Positions 18,168-27,585 of a DNA stretch of 63,720 bases are shown piece after piece. Position numbers and translations under genes: made by a program. Every line of letters begins with the position of its first letter. The stretch's first letter is position 1. The notes under the pieces were generated by a model, which saw only the letters and a program-made list of their open reading frames with translations, was not told the origin of the DNA and searched no databases. The DNA comes from Candidatus Scatocola faecipullorum (GTDB lineage: Bacteria; Pseudomonadota; Alphaproteobacteria; RF32; CAG-239): the NCBI GenBank assembly GCA_018714685.1, contig DVNC01000050.1, positions 1-63,720 of the forward strand. The letters run 5' to 3'.

Positions 18168-18833
18168 CTAAACTGCTTCTTGCAGCAAATCATCCGGAAT
18201 AATTAAATCGGCCGTAATTGTCGAAGTAATATCTTCCAGACTGAACAAAGGATTAATCTCCTGCAGAACCAGCCCCTCCGGTTCTACCCGCAACACGCAG
18301 CGCTCGGTCACAATCAAATCGACTTCATGCGCGGCAGTCAAAGGCAGCGTACATCTTTTCAAAATTTTAATCTGGTCTTTTGCCAAGTGCTCCATCGCCA
18401 CAATTACTTTCTTGGCACCGACGACCAAATCCATGGCGCCGCCCATGCCCGGAGCAAACACGCCGGGAACCAGCCAGTTGGCAATATTTCCTTCCTGGTC
18501 AACCTGCAAAGCCCCTAAAACCGTCGCATCAATGTGTCCGCCGCGAATCATCGCAAACGACATCTGACTGTCAAAAAAGGCCGCCCCCTGCTTTGTCGTT
18601 ACCGGAATACCGCCCGCATTGGTAATTTTCGGATCAACTTTGTCGGGAGCCGGCTTTTTTCCGACGCCGATCAAGCCGTTTTCCGACTGAATCATCACAT
18701 GAACGTTCTCGGGAATATAATTTGCCACTTCTGTCGGCAGGCCGATTCCCAGCGTAACGTAATCGCCTTCTTTCAGCTCCTGTGCCACACGACGGGCAAT
18801 CGTTTCTCTGATTTGTTCTTTGGTCAGTTCCAT
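18168..18833 (-). CDS. atoA: Family I 3-oxoacid/short-chain acyl CoA-transferase beta subunit
   Basis: LGIGLP, catalytic SENG, MIRGGHID, GALQVD, GMGGAMDL. Confidence 0.92.
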   Translation of the reverse strand: MELTKEQIRETIARRVAQELKEGDYVTLGIGLPTEVANYIPENVHVMIQSENGLIGVGKKPAPDKVDPKITNAGGIPVTTKQGAAFFDSQMSFAMIRGGHIDATVLGALQVDQEGNIANWLVPGVFAPGMGGAMDLVVGAKKVIVAMEHLAKDQIKILKRCTLPLTAAHEVDLIVTERCVLRVEPEGLVLQEINPLFSLEDITSTITADLIIPDDLLQEAV

Positions 18834-18840
18834 TTTTCAC

Positions 18841-19482
18841 CTATACAACAATGTAATCAACAAAAATGCCGGGAATAGTTACCATATTCGGATCAAGACT
18901 GTCGTCCACCAGCTCATCGGCTTCAACAATGACCGTATCTGCCGCGGAAGCCATCACCACATTAAAATTACGGGTCGTCCCTTCCAGATAAACATTCCCG
19001 AATTTATCGGCCTTGGTTCCGTATATCAGGGCAAAATCAGCTTTCAGCGGCTTTTCAAACAAATATTTTTTGCCGTCAACTTCCATTGTCTGTTTGCCTT
19101 CCTCAACCGGAGTTCCCACCCCCGTAGGCGTCAAAAAGCCGCCCAAACCGGAACCTGCCGCACGAATCTTCTCCACCAGCGTTCCCATCGGGGTCAATTC
19201 GACCTCCAGTTCCCCGGCGTTCATCTGCTTTCCCGTTTCGGGATTGGTTCCGATATGTGCGACAATCGCCTTTTTGACTCTTTTATTGGCAATCAGCTTG
19301 CCGCGGTCACTGTCGGGAAAACAAGTGTCATTGGCGATTAAAGTTAAACCGCTGACGCCGTTTTTCAAAATTTCCTCAATCACTTTTGTCGGCGTTCCGC
19401 ATTTCAAAAAGCCGCCGATCATAACCGAAGCATTGTTTCCGATAAGTCGGCCCGCTTCCGTGGCTGAAATAATTTTCTTCAA
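18841..19482 (-). CDS. atoD: Family I CoA-transferase alpha subunit
   Basis: MIGGF..CGTP, NDT, HIGTNP, IRA.GSGLGG, TGVGT; TTG start. Confidence 0.92.
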   Translation of the reverse strand: MKKIISATEAGRLIGNNASVMIGGFLKCGTPTKVIEEILKNGVSGLTLIANDTCFPDSDRGKLIANKRVKKAIVAHIGTNPETGKQMNAGELEVELTPMGTLVEKIRAAGSGLGGFLTPTGVGTPVEEGKQTMEVDGKKYLFEKPLKADFALIYGTKADKFGNVYLEGTTRNFNVVMASAADTVIVEADELVDDSLDPNMVTIPGIFVDYIVV

Positions 19483-19730
19483 TGTTTCTTACTTTCCTTA
19501 TTAGCAAATCGGAAAATATTATACTCAAAAAAAGCAAAAAGTACAGCCTTTAATCACTGTCTTATAATTTATTTTTGTCCTTTTGTCAAATAATGATTGT
19601 TTTTCGCCTAAATTTATGTTATAAAATTTCCATTCAATCATTATTATGGGATACATTTATAAATCAGGCGGCTTGCCTTTCCCTAATAATTTGTTCCGAA
19701 AATAATTTACTAACTTCAATATAAACAAAA

Positions 19731-20459
19731 ATGAGAACAAATTTTTTAAACAAAGTTGCCGCAATATCCGGCAAAAATGTGAATGAACTGGTAAGTATGT
19801 CACAAAGCGAAGTTGTTAACAAGGTTATCCTGCCGATAATTGTTCAACCGACCGGACAAGATATCCGCGGCTGGCGCATCGGAGACGACTATATGTCATT
19901 GATGGCCGAATTCGGAGAATATTGCTGGCAACAGGACGCTTTTACCGGAGAAATTCTCCTTGAAATTGCCCTCCAGCGCATTTCCTGCGGTGCAGTTCTT
20001 CACGAAGCCAGCAGTTACAAAATTCTGCCCGAAGCATATCGGAAATATTCCGCAATGTGTGACCAGCCGGGTTTAATGAGCGACGCCTGCTTCAATTTTC
20101 TGCAAAAGCAGATTGTAACCTGCCTGAAGGCCAAACTGACCAGAGAACACGCCAAAAAAATCATCTTTGGCCTGATTGATCACTTGGACGAACAGGGAAA
20201 TGAACTGAACGGCTATATGCTGAAATACGGACATTTCCACACCGACACCCAAACGGTTTTCTCCTGGGCATGGGAAACAGCCGGCAAATACTTCACTTAT
20301 GAAGAATTGTACGACCATTTTGCCACCCCGGAACGCTGGGAACGTTTTATTCCTTTCTTCAAAGAAAACCGCCCCGTCATCTACAAGCCGGATTTCTGCA
20401 AAAGGATCGGCGTCAGCGGTTTCTGGAACAAACGCAAAGTTTGGAAAAGACTGGCCTGA
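19731..20459 (+). CDS. Hypothetical protein
   Basis: 242-aa ORF with coding-like codon usage and downstream terminator (20473-20506); no recognised motif. Confidence 0.7.
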   Translation: MRTNFLNKVAAISGKNVNELVSMSQSEVVNKVILPIIVQPTGQDIRGWRIGDDYMSLMAEFGEYCWQQDAFTGEILLEIALQRISCGAVLHEASSYKILPEAYRKYSAMCDQPGLMSDACFNFLQKQIVTCLKAKLTREHAKKIIFGLIDHLDEQGNELNGYMLKYGHFHTDTQTVFSWAWETAGKYFTYEELYDHFATPERWERFIPFFKENRPVIYKPDFCKRIGVSGFWNKRKVWKRLA

Positions 20460-20599
20460 AACAACATCTGATAAAAAAGGTTCCGAATCATTTTCGGAAC
20501 CTTTTTTATTAATGCACCGTTCGTACAACAAATACAGCAGGATAATCATTTGATATAAAATAATTTTAGCAAAAAAATAAAAATTGTGCAATTTTTTGC

Positions 20600-20628
20600 T
20601 TGATTAATTATTTTTAGAAGTGTATAAA
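20600..20628 (+). promoter_or_regulatory. Probable sigma70 promoter for tRNA-Val
   Basis: TTGATT-N17-TATAAA about 18 bp upstream of tRNA. Confidence 0.55.
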
Positions 20629-20646
20629 CTCTTTCGTAAACACGAT

Positions 20647-20722
20647 GGGAGTTTAGCTCAGCTGGAAGAGCATCTCGTTTACACCGAGAGGGTCGGGAGT
20701 TCGAACCTCTCAACTCCCACCA
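20647..20722 (+). tRNA. tRNA-Val(TAC)
   Basis: GGGAGTT/AACTCCC acceptor, TCTCG-TTTACAC-CGAGA, GGGAG-TTCGAAC-CTCTC, CCA. Confidence 0.96.
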
Positions 20723-20731
20723 ATTAAAAAA

Positions 20732-20941
20732 ACCGCCTTTATGGCGGTTTTTTTAATTGGTGAAATGAAAAGTGAGAACACCCGGAAAAGGGAGTTCGAC
20801 AAGGAGGAGCAGGCGAGACGGGAGTATCGCCGCTCTTGCGACGACGAAGCGGCGGAACGCCAGCCGAACAACTCCCCTATCCGCTAATTCCGCCATAAAG
20901 GCGGTTTTTTTTAATTGATGAAACGAAAAGTGAGAACACCC
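20732..20941 (+). repeat. tRNA-linked imperfect direct repeat enclosing palindromic insert
   Basis: GGCGGTTTTTTTAATTG(G/A)TGAAA(T/C)GAAAAGTGAGAACACCC at 20743-20783 and 20900-20941; GGGAGTTCGA and AACTCCC tRNA fragments in between. Confidence 0.85.
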
Positions 20942-21080
20942 CGCTATCCACCGCATACTTTTCCTCTGTTTGCCGAGAACCTCCTCCATAACAAAAAAGT
21001 GAGCCGAAACCCGGCTCACTATCTCAATAATATTGGACTAATTAAGGAAAAAGGGCTGGAAACCCGGCCCTTTCTTATAA

Positions 21081-21353
21081 TTAGTTAACAGAGTCAACCA
21101 ATACTTTACCAGCTCTGAATTTCGGTTGATTGCGAGCCGGAATTTTGATGCTCTGGCCGGTACGCGGATTGCGGCCGGTAGTAGCAGAACGTTTAGAAAC
21201 AGCAAAAGTACCAAAGCCAACCAGGCGAACTTCGTCACCAGATTTCAATGCAGAAGAAATAGAAGATACAAATGCATCAACAGCTTTAGCTGCATCAGTT
21301 TTGGTCAAGCCGGTTTCGCTAGCAATGCTAGAAATAAGTTCATTTTTATTCAC
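21081..21353 (-). CDS. hupB: DNA-binding protein HU
   Basis: MNKNELI, V.LVGFGTF, GRNPRTG, PKFRAGK. Confidence 0.98.
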   Translation of the reverse strand: MNKNELISSIASETGLTKTDAAKAVDAFVSSISSALKSGDEVRLVGFGTFAVSKRSATTGRNPRTGQSIKIPARNQPKFRAGKVLVDSVN

Positions 21354-21657
21354 GGTGAGGACTCCCTCTAATTATAAGTTATAAACCAATGTCAACAGCA
21401 GAACCGCTGTTTACAAGAAAATTTAAGCCTGAATTTTGACCGAAGTCAAACGAAAACAAGGCCTTACCCTCAAAAAAACCGCTATTTATCCCCAATTTTT
21501 GCTTTTTAAACCTCAAATAACGCTTTTTTGACCGACTTATTCACAGCTAATCCATACCCAGCAATAATTTGCCGCGATTCTGAATCCGCCTGTTGCGAGT
21601 CCGTTTAAACAGCAAAAAGCCCGGCTGTCCGGCCGGGCTTTAACGCCTTATATATAA

Positions 21658-24018
21658 CTAAGACTGCTTTTGAGAACTCTTTCCGGCTTTTCCCTTCTGT
21701 GTTTTGGGCTTGCCTGCCAGCGCAATTTTCAGCACTTCGGACACCTCCGACACCGGAATAATCTTCATTCCCTTCTTAACATTATCAGGAATTTCAGCCA
21801 GATCTTTCTCATTCTCTTTCGGAATAATAACCGTCTTAATTCCGCCGCGCAAAGCTGACAGCAGTTTTTCCTTCAAACCGCCGATAGGCAGAACCCGCCC
21901 TTGCAGCGTAATTTCACCGGTCATTGCCACATCTTTGCGCACCGGTGTTTTTGTCAGCACCGACACCAGAGTTGTGTACATGGCAATACCGGCGGACGGA
22001 CCGTCTTTCGGGGTTGCTCCCTCCGGAACGTGAATGTGAATATCCGTTTTGTCAAAGACTTCCGGATCGATTCCCAAATCTTTTGAATGAGAACGCACCA
22101 CGGAATAAGCCGTCTCAATCGATTCCTTCATCACTTCGCCCAGCTTGCCGGTCTGCGTAATCTTGCCTTTGCCAGGCATATCCACCGCTTCGATAAACAG
22201 AATATCGCCGCCGACTTCCGTCCAGGCCAGCCCGGTCGTTACACCGATATGGTCCTGCTGTTCGGCTTCGCCGTAGCTGTAACGTCTGACACCGAGATAC
22301 TTGTCCAGATTTTTGGAACTGACCTCCAGCTTTTTCTTCTTGCCTTTCGCCAGCAGAATTTCTTTCACCGCCTTGCGGGCAATCGTCGCCAGTTCACGCT
22401 CCAGATTCCGCACCCCGGCTTCACGGGTATAATAGCGGATAATATCGCGGATAGCATCTTCGGTAATCGTCAGTTCTGATTCCTTAACCGCATTTTCGGA
22501 AAAAATCTTCGGAATCAGATGACGCTTGGCAATTTCGATTTTTTCGTCTTCGGTATAACCCGACAAACGAATAATTTCCATACGGTCCAGCAGCGGCCGC
22601 GGCATATCCAGCGAGTTTGCGGTTGTCACAAACATAACGTCCGACAAATCGTAATCAACTTCCAGATAATGGTCGTTAAATGCCGCATTTTGCTCCGGAT
22701 CCAACACCTCCAGCAAAGCCGAACTCGGATCGCCGCGCCAGTCATTGCCCAGTTTGTCAATTTCATCAAGCAAAAACAGCGGATTGGACGTTCCGGCCTT
22801 TTTCATGCCTTTAATAATTTTGCCCGGCATGGAACCGATATACGTCCGCCGATGTCCGCGGATTTCCGCTTCATCGCGCATACCACCCAATGAAGCCCGC
22901 ACAAAACTGCGCCCGGTTGCCTTGGCGATGGATTTGCCCAAAGAAGTTTTGCCCACGCCCGGAGGACCGACCAAACACAAAATCGGACCTTTGATTTTAT
23001 CGGCACGCGACTGCACCGCCAAATATTCGACAATGCGTTCCTTGACCTTTTCCAGCCCGTAATGGTCTTTTTCCAGCACTTCCATTGCCTTGGAAATGTC
23101 TTTGTTAACCTTGGAACGCTTCTTCCAGGGAATGTCCAGCAGCCAGTCCAGATAGTTGCGAATAACCGTTGCTTCGGAAGACATGCCGCTCATATTTTTC
23201 AGCTTTTTGACTTCGGCCAAAGCTTTTTCTTTTGCCTCTTTGGATAATTTGGCCTTTTCGATTTTAGCCATATAATCGCTGATTTCGCCTTCCTCGTCAT
23301 TATCGCCGAGCTCTTTCTGAATGGCTTTCATCTGCTCGTTCAGATAATATTCCTTCTGGCTTTTTTCCATTTGCTTTTTGACGCGGGTTTTGATTTTGTT
23401 TTCCACTTCCAGCAAAGTAATTTCCGCATCCATAAAGCCAAGAATCTTTTCAAACCGTTCCTTCAGCGTCCGCCCTTCCAGCAAAGCCTGCTTGTCGGCA
23501 ATTTTCAAAGCCAGATGCGAAGCTATCGTATCGGCCAGTTTGCTGTTGTCTTCAATCTGATTGACCGAAACCAAAACCTCCGGCGGCGTTTTTTTCGAAA
23601 GTTTGACATATTCTTCAAACTGAGAAAGAACGGCCCGCACCAAAGCTTCAAGTTCGGTACTGTTGTCCTCAGCATCCGGCAGAATTTCGGCTTCCACTTC
23701 CATATAATCGGGATTATCGATAAACTTGGAAATTTTAACCCGTTCCATGCCCTCAATCAGAACTTTCACTGTTCCGTCCGGCAGTTTCAGCATCTGCAAA
23801 ACCGTTCCGACCGTCCCGACGTGATAGACATCGTTTTCGGTCGGATCTTCAATTGCGGCCTCTTTCTGCGTCAGTAAAATAATGTTCTGATCCTGATCAA
23901 CGACCTCCTGCAGCGCCCGAATGGATTTTTCGCGCCCGACAAACAGAGGAACAATCATTTTCGGATAGACCACGATGTCGCGAAGCGGAAGCACGGGATA
24001 AATATTCTTTTTTGCCAT
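21658..24018 (-). CDS. lon: Lon protease
   Basis: PVLPLRD N-domain, GPPGVGKTS Walker A, LLDEIDK, PKDGPSAG catalytic Ser. Confidence 0.99.
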   Translation of the reverse strand: MAKKNIYPVLPLRDIVVYPKMIVPLFVGREKSIRALQEVVDQDQNIILLTQKEAAIEDPTENDVYHVGTVGTVLQMLKLPDGTVKVLIEGMERVKISKFIDNPDYMEVEAEILPDAEDNSTELEALVRAVLSQFEEYVKLSKKTPPEVLVSVNQIEDNSKLADTIASHLALKIADKQALLEGRTLKERFEKILGFMDAEITLLEVENKIKTRVKKQMEKSQKEYYLNEQMKAIQKELGDNDEEGEISDYMAKIEKAKLSKEAKEKALAEVKKLKNMSGMSSEATVIRNYLDWLLDIPWKKRSKVNKDISKAMEVLEKDHYGLEKVKERIVEYLAVQSRADKIKGPILCLVGPPGVGKTSLGKSIAKATGRSFVRASLGGMRDEAEIRGHRRTYIGSMPGKIIKGMKKAGTSNPLFLLDEIDKLGNDWRGDPSSALLEVLDPEQNAAFNDHYLEVDYDLSDVMFVTTANSLDMPRPLLDRMEIIRLSGYTEDEKIEIAKRHLIPKIFSENAVKESELTITEDAIRDIIRYYTREAGVRNLERELATIARKAVKEILLAKGKKKKLEVSSKNLDKYLGVRRYSYGEAEQQDHIGVTTGLAWTEVGGDILFIEAVDMPGKGKITQTGKLGEVMKESIETAYSVVRSHSKDLGIDPEVFDKTDIHIHVPEGATPKDGPSAGIAMYTTLVSVLTKTPVRKDVAMTGEITLQGRVLPIGGLKEKLLSALRGGIKTVIIPKENEKDLAEIPDNVKKGMKIIPVSEVSEVLKIALAGKPKTQKGKAGKSSQKQS

Positions 24019-24055
24019 TTTATCTTAATCCTCACATATTTCCTGTTATCCTTTT

Positions 24056-24084
24056 ATATAGGAAAACTTTTTGTGAACTACAAT
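24056..24084 (-). promoter_or_regulatory. Candidate RpoH (sigma32) promoter of lon
   Basis: Minus strand ATTGTA-N16-CCTATAT, close to alphaproteobacterial RpoH consensus CTTGAA-N15/16-CCTATAT. Confidence 0.45.
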
Positions 24085-24158
24085 AGACACACCCACATAT
24101 TTAAGACTTTTGTGGCATATTTCGAACGGCTCGGCAACGGTTAAACGCTTTAATCCAC

Positions 24159-24228
24159 AACGATATGAGAAACTGCTGATAAACGGCGCCAATAACGATA
24201 TGAGAAACTGCTGATAAACGGCGCCAAT
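24159..24228 (+). repeat. Exact 35-bp tandem duplication
   Basis: AACGATATGAGAAACTGCTGATAAACGGCGCCAAT x2. Confidence 0.95.
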
Positions 24229-24331
24229 ATTGTGGGGAATTTATAATCTTGTATTTAAAATTAAAAACTTTGCTATATGATAGAGACAATTATAAGTCTC
24301 ACCAAATAAATATGCTTGGAGAAAATTTTTA

Positions 24332-24592
24332 ATGGCTGCTTTAAAAAAACAAAGTTTATCCGGAGATGAAATTACCGTTGACATCTCGGTAACGCTCGGT
24401 ACTGCCGATCTCCGGGTGCAGCAACTGCTGAAGCTCGGCCGCGGCGCCGTTGTCGAACTGGACCGCAACGTCAACGACTATGTTGACATTTACGCCAACA
24501 ACATCCTTATCGGCCACGGCGAAGTCGTCATTACCGAAAATGAGACCATAGGCATTTCCGTCACCGATATTGTCAAAAAATCAAAAAGATAA
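24332..24592 (+). CDS. Stand-alone FliN/FliM C-terminal (SpoA) domain protein
   Basis: VDISVTLG.....VQQLLKLGRGAVVELDR....VDIYAN..LIGHGEVV. Confidence 0.85.
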   Translation: MAALKKQSLSGDEITVDISVTLGTADLRVQQLLKLGRGAVVELDRNVNDYVDIYANNILIGHGEVVITENETIGISVTDIVKKSKR

Positions 24593-24596
24593 ATTC

Positions 24597-25364
24597 ATGC
24601 CTTTACGCAAAAGATGTAAAAAGTTTTTCAAATCTCTGCTGCAGTCGCGGCTCGTACTGGCTGCCATCAGCACGCTGATTTACTGGTATGCCCGCCTGGT
24701 CGGACGAACCACCGAATGGCAGACGCAGGGCGTTGACGAACTCTACCGCGTTTGGGAAAAAGAAGGCAGTTTCATCTTCATCGGCTGGCACGGGCGCGCT
24801 ATGATGCTTCCCTATTTTTGGAACCGCTCCCACCCGCTGAATGCCTTGGTTTCCCTTCACCATGACGGCCGTATGATTGCCGGCCTGCTTGAAAAATTCG
24901 GCATGGGAACCATCGGCGGCTCCAGCACCGAAAACGGCAAAAACGCGGCGCTTGAACTGATGCGCTCGCTGCAAAAAGGCGAAGCCATCGCCATCATTCC
25001 CGACGGCCCCAAAGGCCCGAGCATGACACTGAGCCGTTCCGCCGTCTACTTTGCGCAAAAATCGGGAAAACCGATTATCGGTGCCACATACAGTATTGCC
25101 GGCTCCAAAATCGTCGAAAAGAGCTGGGATAAGATGATGCTCCCCAAACCTTTCTCCCGCGGTTGCTATTATGCCACCGAGGCTTTCTATATTCCCGCCG
25201 ACGCAGACGAAACCAGGCTTGAAGAATATCGCCGGACAATCGAAAACCGTCTGAATCAGCTCACCTGGGAAGCTGACAAAGCCATGGGCATCAAACACAT
25301 CGAAAAAGGAACCGTTGCCCGCAAACGCTACCCTGCCCCCGCTCCGAAATCAGAAAAGGCTTAA
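24597..25364 (+). CDS. DUF374 lysophospholipid acyltransferase family
   Basis: WHGR, SLHHDG, IGGSS..NG, IIPDGPKGP, LPKPFSR; start at MPLRK (24597). Confidence 0.88.
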   Translation: MPLRKRCKKFFKSLLQSRLVLAAISTLIYWYARLVGRTTEWQTQGVDELYRVWEKEGSFIFIGWHGRAMMLPYFWNRSHPLNALVSLHHDGRMIAGLLEKFGMGTIGGSSTENGKNAALELMRSLQKGEAIAIIPDGPKGPSMTLSRSAVYFAQKSGKPIIGATYSIAGSKIVEKSWDKMMLPKPFSRGCYYATEAFYIPADADETRLEEYRRTIENRLNQLTWEADKAMGIKHIEKGTVARKRYPAPAPKSEKA

Positions 25365-25366
25365 AG

Positions 25367-26632
25367 ATGTTTATCCGGATTTACAATACCCTAATCAGCA
25401 TACTCTATCCCTTGGTCATCAAACGCTATATCAAAAAACGCCAGGAGCGCGGCAAAGAAGACGTCAAACGTTTCAACGAACGCGTCGGCCGTCCCCTGCT
25501 CAAACGCCCGGAAGGACGTTTTATCTGGTTTCACGGGGCATCGGTCGGTGAATCTCTCTCCATGCTGCCGCTGATTAACAAACTGCTGGAAGCTTATCCC
25601 GACATGCACATCATGGTAACCACCGGCACTACCACCTCCGCCGAACTGATGAGCAAACGCCTGCCCGAGCGGGCTTTTCACCAATATCTGCCGATAGACA
25701 ACCCCTTCTTTACCACGCGCTTCGTCCGCCACTGGCTCCCAGATTTGGTTCTGTGGTTTGAATCGGAATTCTGGCCCGCCATGCTTTCATCCATTAAACG
25801 CAGAAACATCCCCTTGATTCTGGTCAACGGCCGCATTTCCAACAAATCATTCAAACGTTGGCAACAGTTTGACTTCATCAGCAAAGAACTGCTTTCCTGT
25901 TTCACTTTCTGCCTCGGCCAGTCGGAAGAAGACGCCTATCGCCTGCGGGTTCTCGGAGCCAAAGATTCGATGTGTCTCGGCAATATCAAATTCGCCGGCC
26001 TGCCCATTCCCATTGACGCCAAAAAGAAAGCCGAAATCGTCGGCCAGATAGGCAAACGCCCGGTCTGGTGCGTCAGTTCCACCCATGAAGACGAAGAATT
26101 TAAAATCGGGCGTTTTCTAAAAAAACTGGGTCAGACCGTTCCCGGCCTGCTGACTATCATCGCCCCGCGCCATCCTAACCGCGGCGCCGACATCAAACAA
26201 AAACTGGAAGAAAGCTACGGCTTAAAGGTCTCCCTGCGTTCCGCCGGTGAAAAAATCACGCCGGAAACCGAAGTTTACGTGGCTGATACCATCGGCGAAA
26301 CCGGCCTGTGGTACGACCTGTGTCCGCTGGTTTTTGTCGGCGGTTCGCTGATTCCTCACGGCGGCCAAAACTTTATGGAGCCGTCCCGCATGCGTGATGC
26401 CGCCATTGTGGGCCCCCATATGCATAACTTCACCGAAGCGATGAACCGTGCCAAAAAAGCCGATGCGGTTATTCAGGTAAACGATGTTCTCGAATTGGAA
26501 GAAACCGTCACTTCGCTGCTCACCAACAGAGAACTGCTGGAAGCCAAACGCAGCTTGGCTTACAACTGGGCCAACAGCGAGGCCAAAGTGCTTGACGGCA
26601 TTCTGGAAAAAGTCAAAGGATACATCGAATAA
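25367..26632 (+). CDS. waaA: Kdo transferase
   Basis: IWFHGASVGE, QYLPID, ESEFWP, IAPRHP.R, DTIGE, GGSL..HGGQN..EP. Confidence 0.97.
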   Translation: MFIRIYNTLISILYPLVIKRYIKKRQERGKEDVKRFNERVGRPLLKRPEGRFIWFHGASVGESLSMLPLINKLLEAYPDMHIMVTTGTTTSAELMSKRLPERAFHQYLPIDNPFFTTRFVRHWLPDLVLWFESEFWPAMLSSIKRRNIPLILVNGRISNKSFKRWQQFDFISKELLSCFTFCLGQSEEDAYRLRVLGAKDSMCLGNIKFAGLPIPIDAKKKAEIVGQIGKRPVWCVSSTHEDEEFKIGRFLKKLGQTVPGLLTIIAPRHPNRGADIKQKLEESYGLKVSLRSAGEKITPETEVYVADTIGETGLWYDLCPLVFVGGSLIPHGGQNFMEPSRMRDAAIVGPHMHNFTEAMNRAKKADAVIQVNDVLELEETVTSLLTNRELLEAKRSLAYNWANSEAKVLDGILEKVKGYIE

Positions 26633-27585
26633 TGAAAACTCCCGGCTACTGGTCTGATCTTAACCCGCTGTCCCTTTTGCTCTCTCCGCTGGGCCTGCTT
26701 TATAACTTGGGCACCCGTCTGAACATGAGCCTGCACAAGCCCCAAAAGGCTGCCGTTCCCGTCGTCTGTATCGGCAATCTGACCGCCGGGGGAACCGGAA
26801 AAACGCCGACGGCCGTTTCCATTGCCAAACTCATGCAACAGGCAAAACGCAAACCATTTTTTGTTTCCCGCGGTTATGGCGGCAACTTGCATAACGTTTT
26901 GGTCGACCCTCAGCACCATACACCGCAGCAGGTCGGCGACGAACCGCTGCTGCTGGCCCGACAGGCACCGACGGTTGTGAATCCTGACCGTTTTGCCGCA
27001 GCACAAACGGCTGCGGCCGCCGGAGCGGAAATGGTCATTATGGATGACGGTTTTCAAAATCCCGGCCTGCATAAGGATTTGTCATTTCTTGTTTTTGACG
27101 GCGGTTTCGGTTACGGCAATGGTCTGTGCATTCCGGCCGGGCCCTTGCGGGAAAGCCTGCCTGCCGGAATGAAAAGAGCCGATGCCGTCCTGATAATCGG
27201 TGAAGACAGGCATCGCCTTGCCGAACAGATTGCCCTTCCCGTTTTCCGCGGCCAGATAGTCCCGGTCAGGCCGAACTTTTCCGAGCGCAGAGTCATTGCT
27301 TTTGCAGGCATCGGACGGCCGGAGAAGTTTTATCAGTCGTTGCGTGAACTGAACTTTGAACTGGTCGAAACCGTCAATTTTCCCGATCACCATTTTTACA
27401 CCGATACCGAACTTGACCAATTAATCGACAAGGCGGAGAAAAATTCCTGCACCTTAATCACAACGGCTAAAGATCTGGTAAAAATTCCGTCCCGACGCCG
27501 CAGTTTTTTCAAGGTTTTGGAAATAGAAGTCCGCTGGGAAGACGAAGACGCTTTGGCCGGTTTTATTCTGCACCGTCTGCCCTGA
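26632..27585 (+). CDS. lpxK: Tetraacyldisaccharide 4'-kinase
   Basis: CIGNLTAGGTGKTP, SRGYGG, GDEP, MDDGFQN, PAGPLRE, FPDHH, TTAKD. Confidence 0.97.
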   Translation: MKTPGYWSDLNPLSLLLSPLGLLYNLGTRLNMSLHKPQKAAVPVVCIGNLTAGGTGKTPTAVSIAKLMQQAKRKPFFVSRGYGGNLHNVLVDPQHHTPQQVGDEPLLLARQAPTVVNPDRFAAAQTAAAAGAEMVIMDDGFQNPGLHKDLSFLVFDGGFGYGNGLCIPAGPLRESLPAGMKRADAVLIIGEDRHRLAEQIALPVFRGQIVPVRPNFSERRVIAFAGIGRPEKFYQSLRELNFELVETVNFPDHHFYTDTELDQLIDKAEKNSCTLITTAKDLVKIPSRRRSFFKVLEIEVRWEDEDALAGFILHRLP

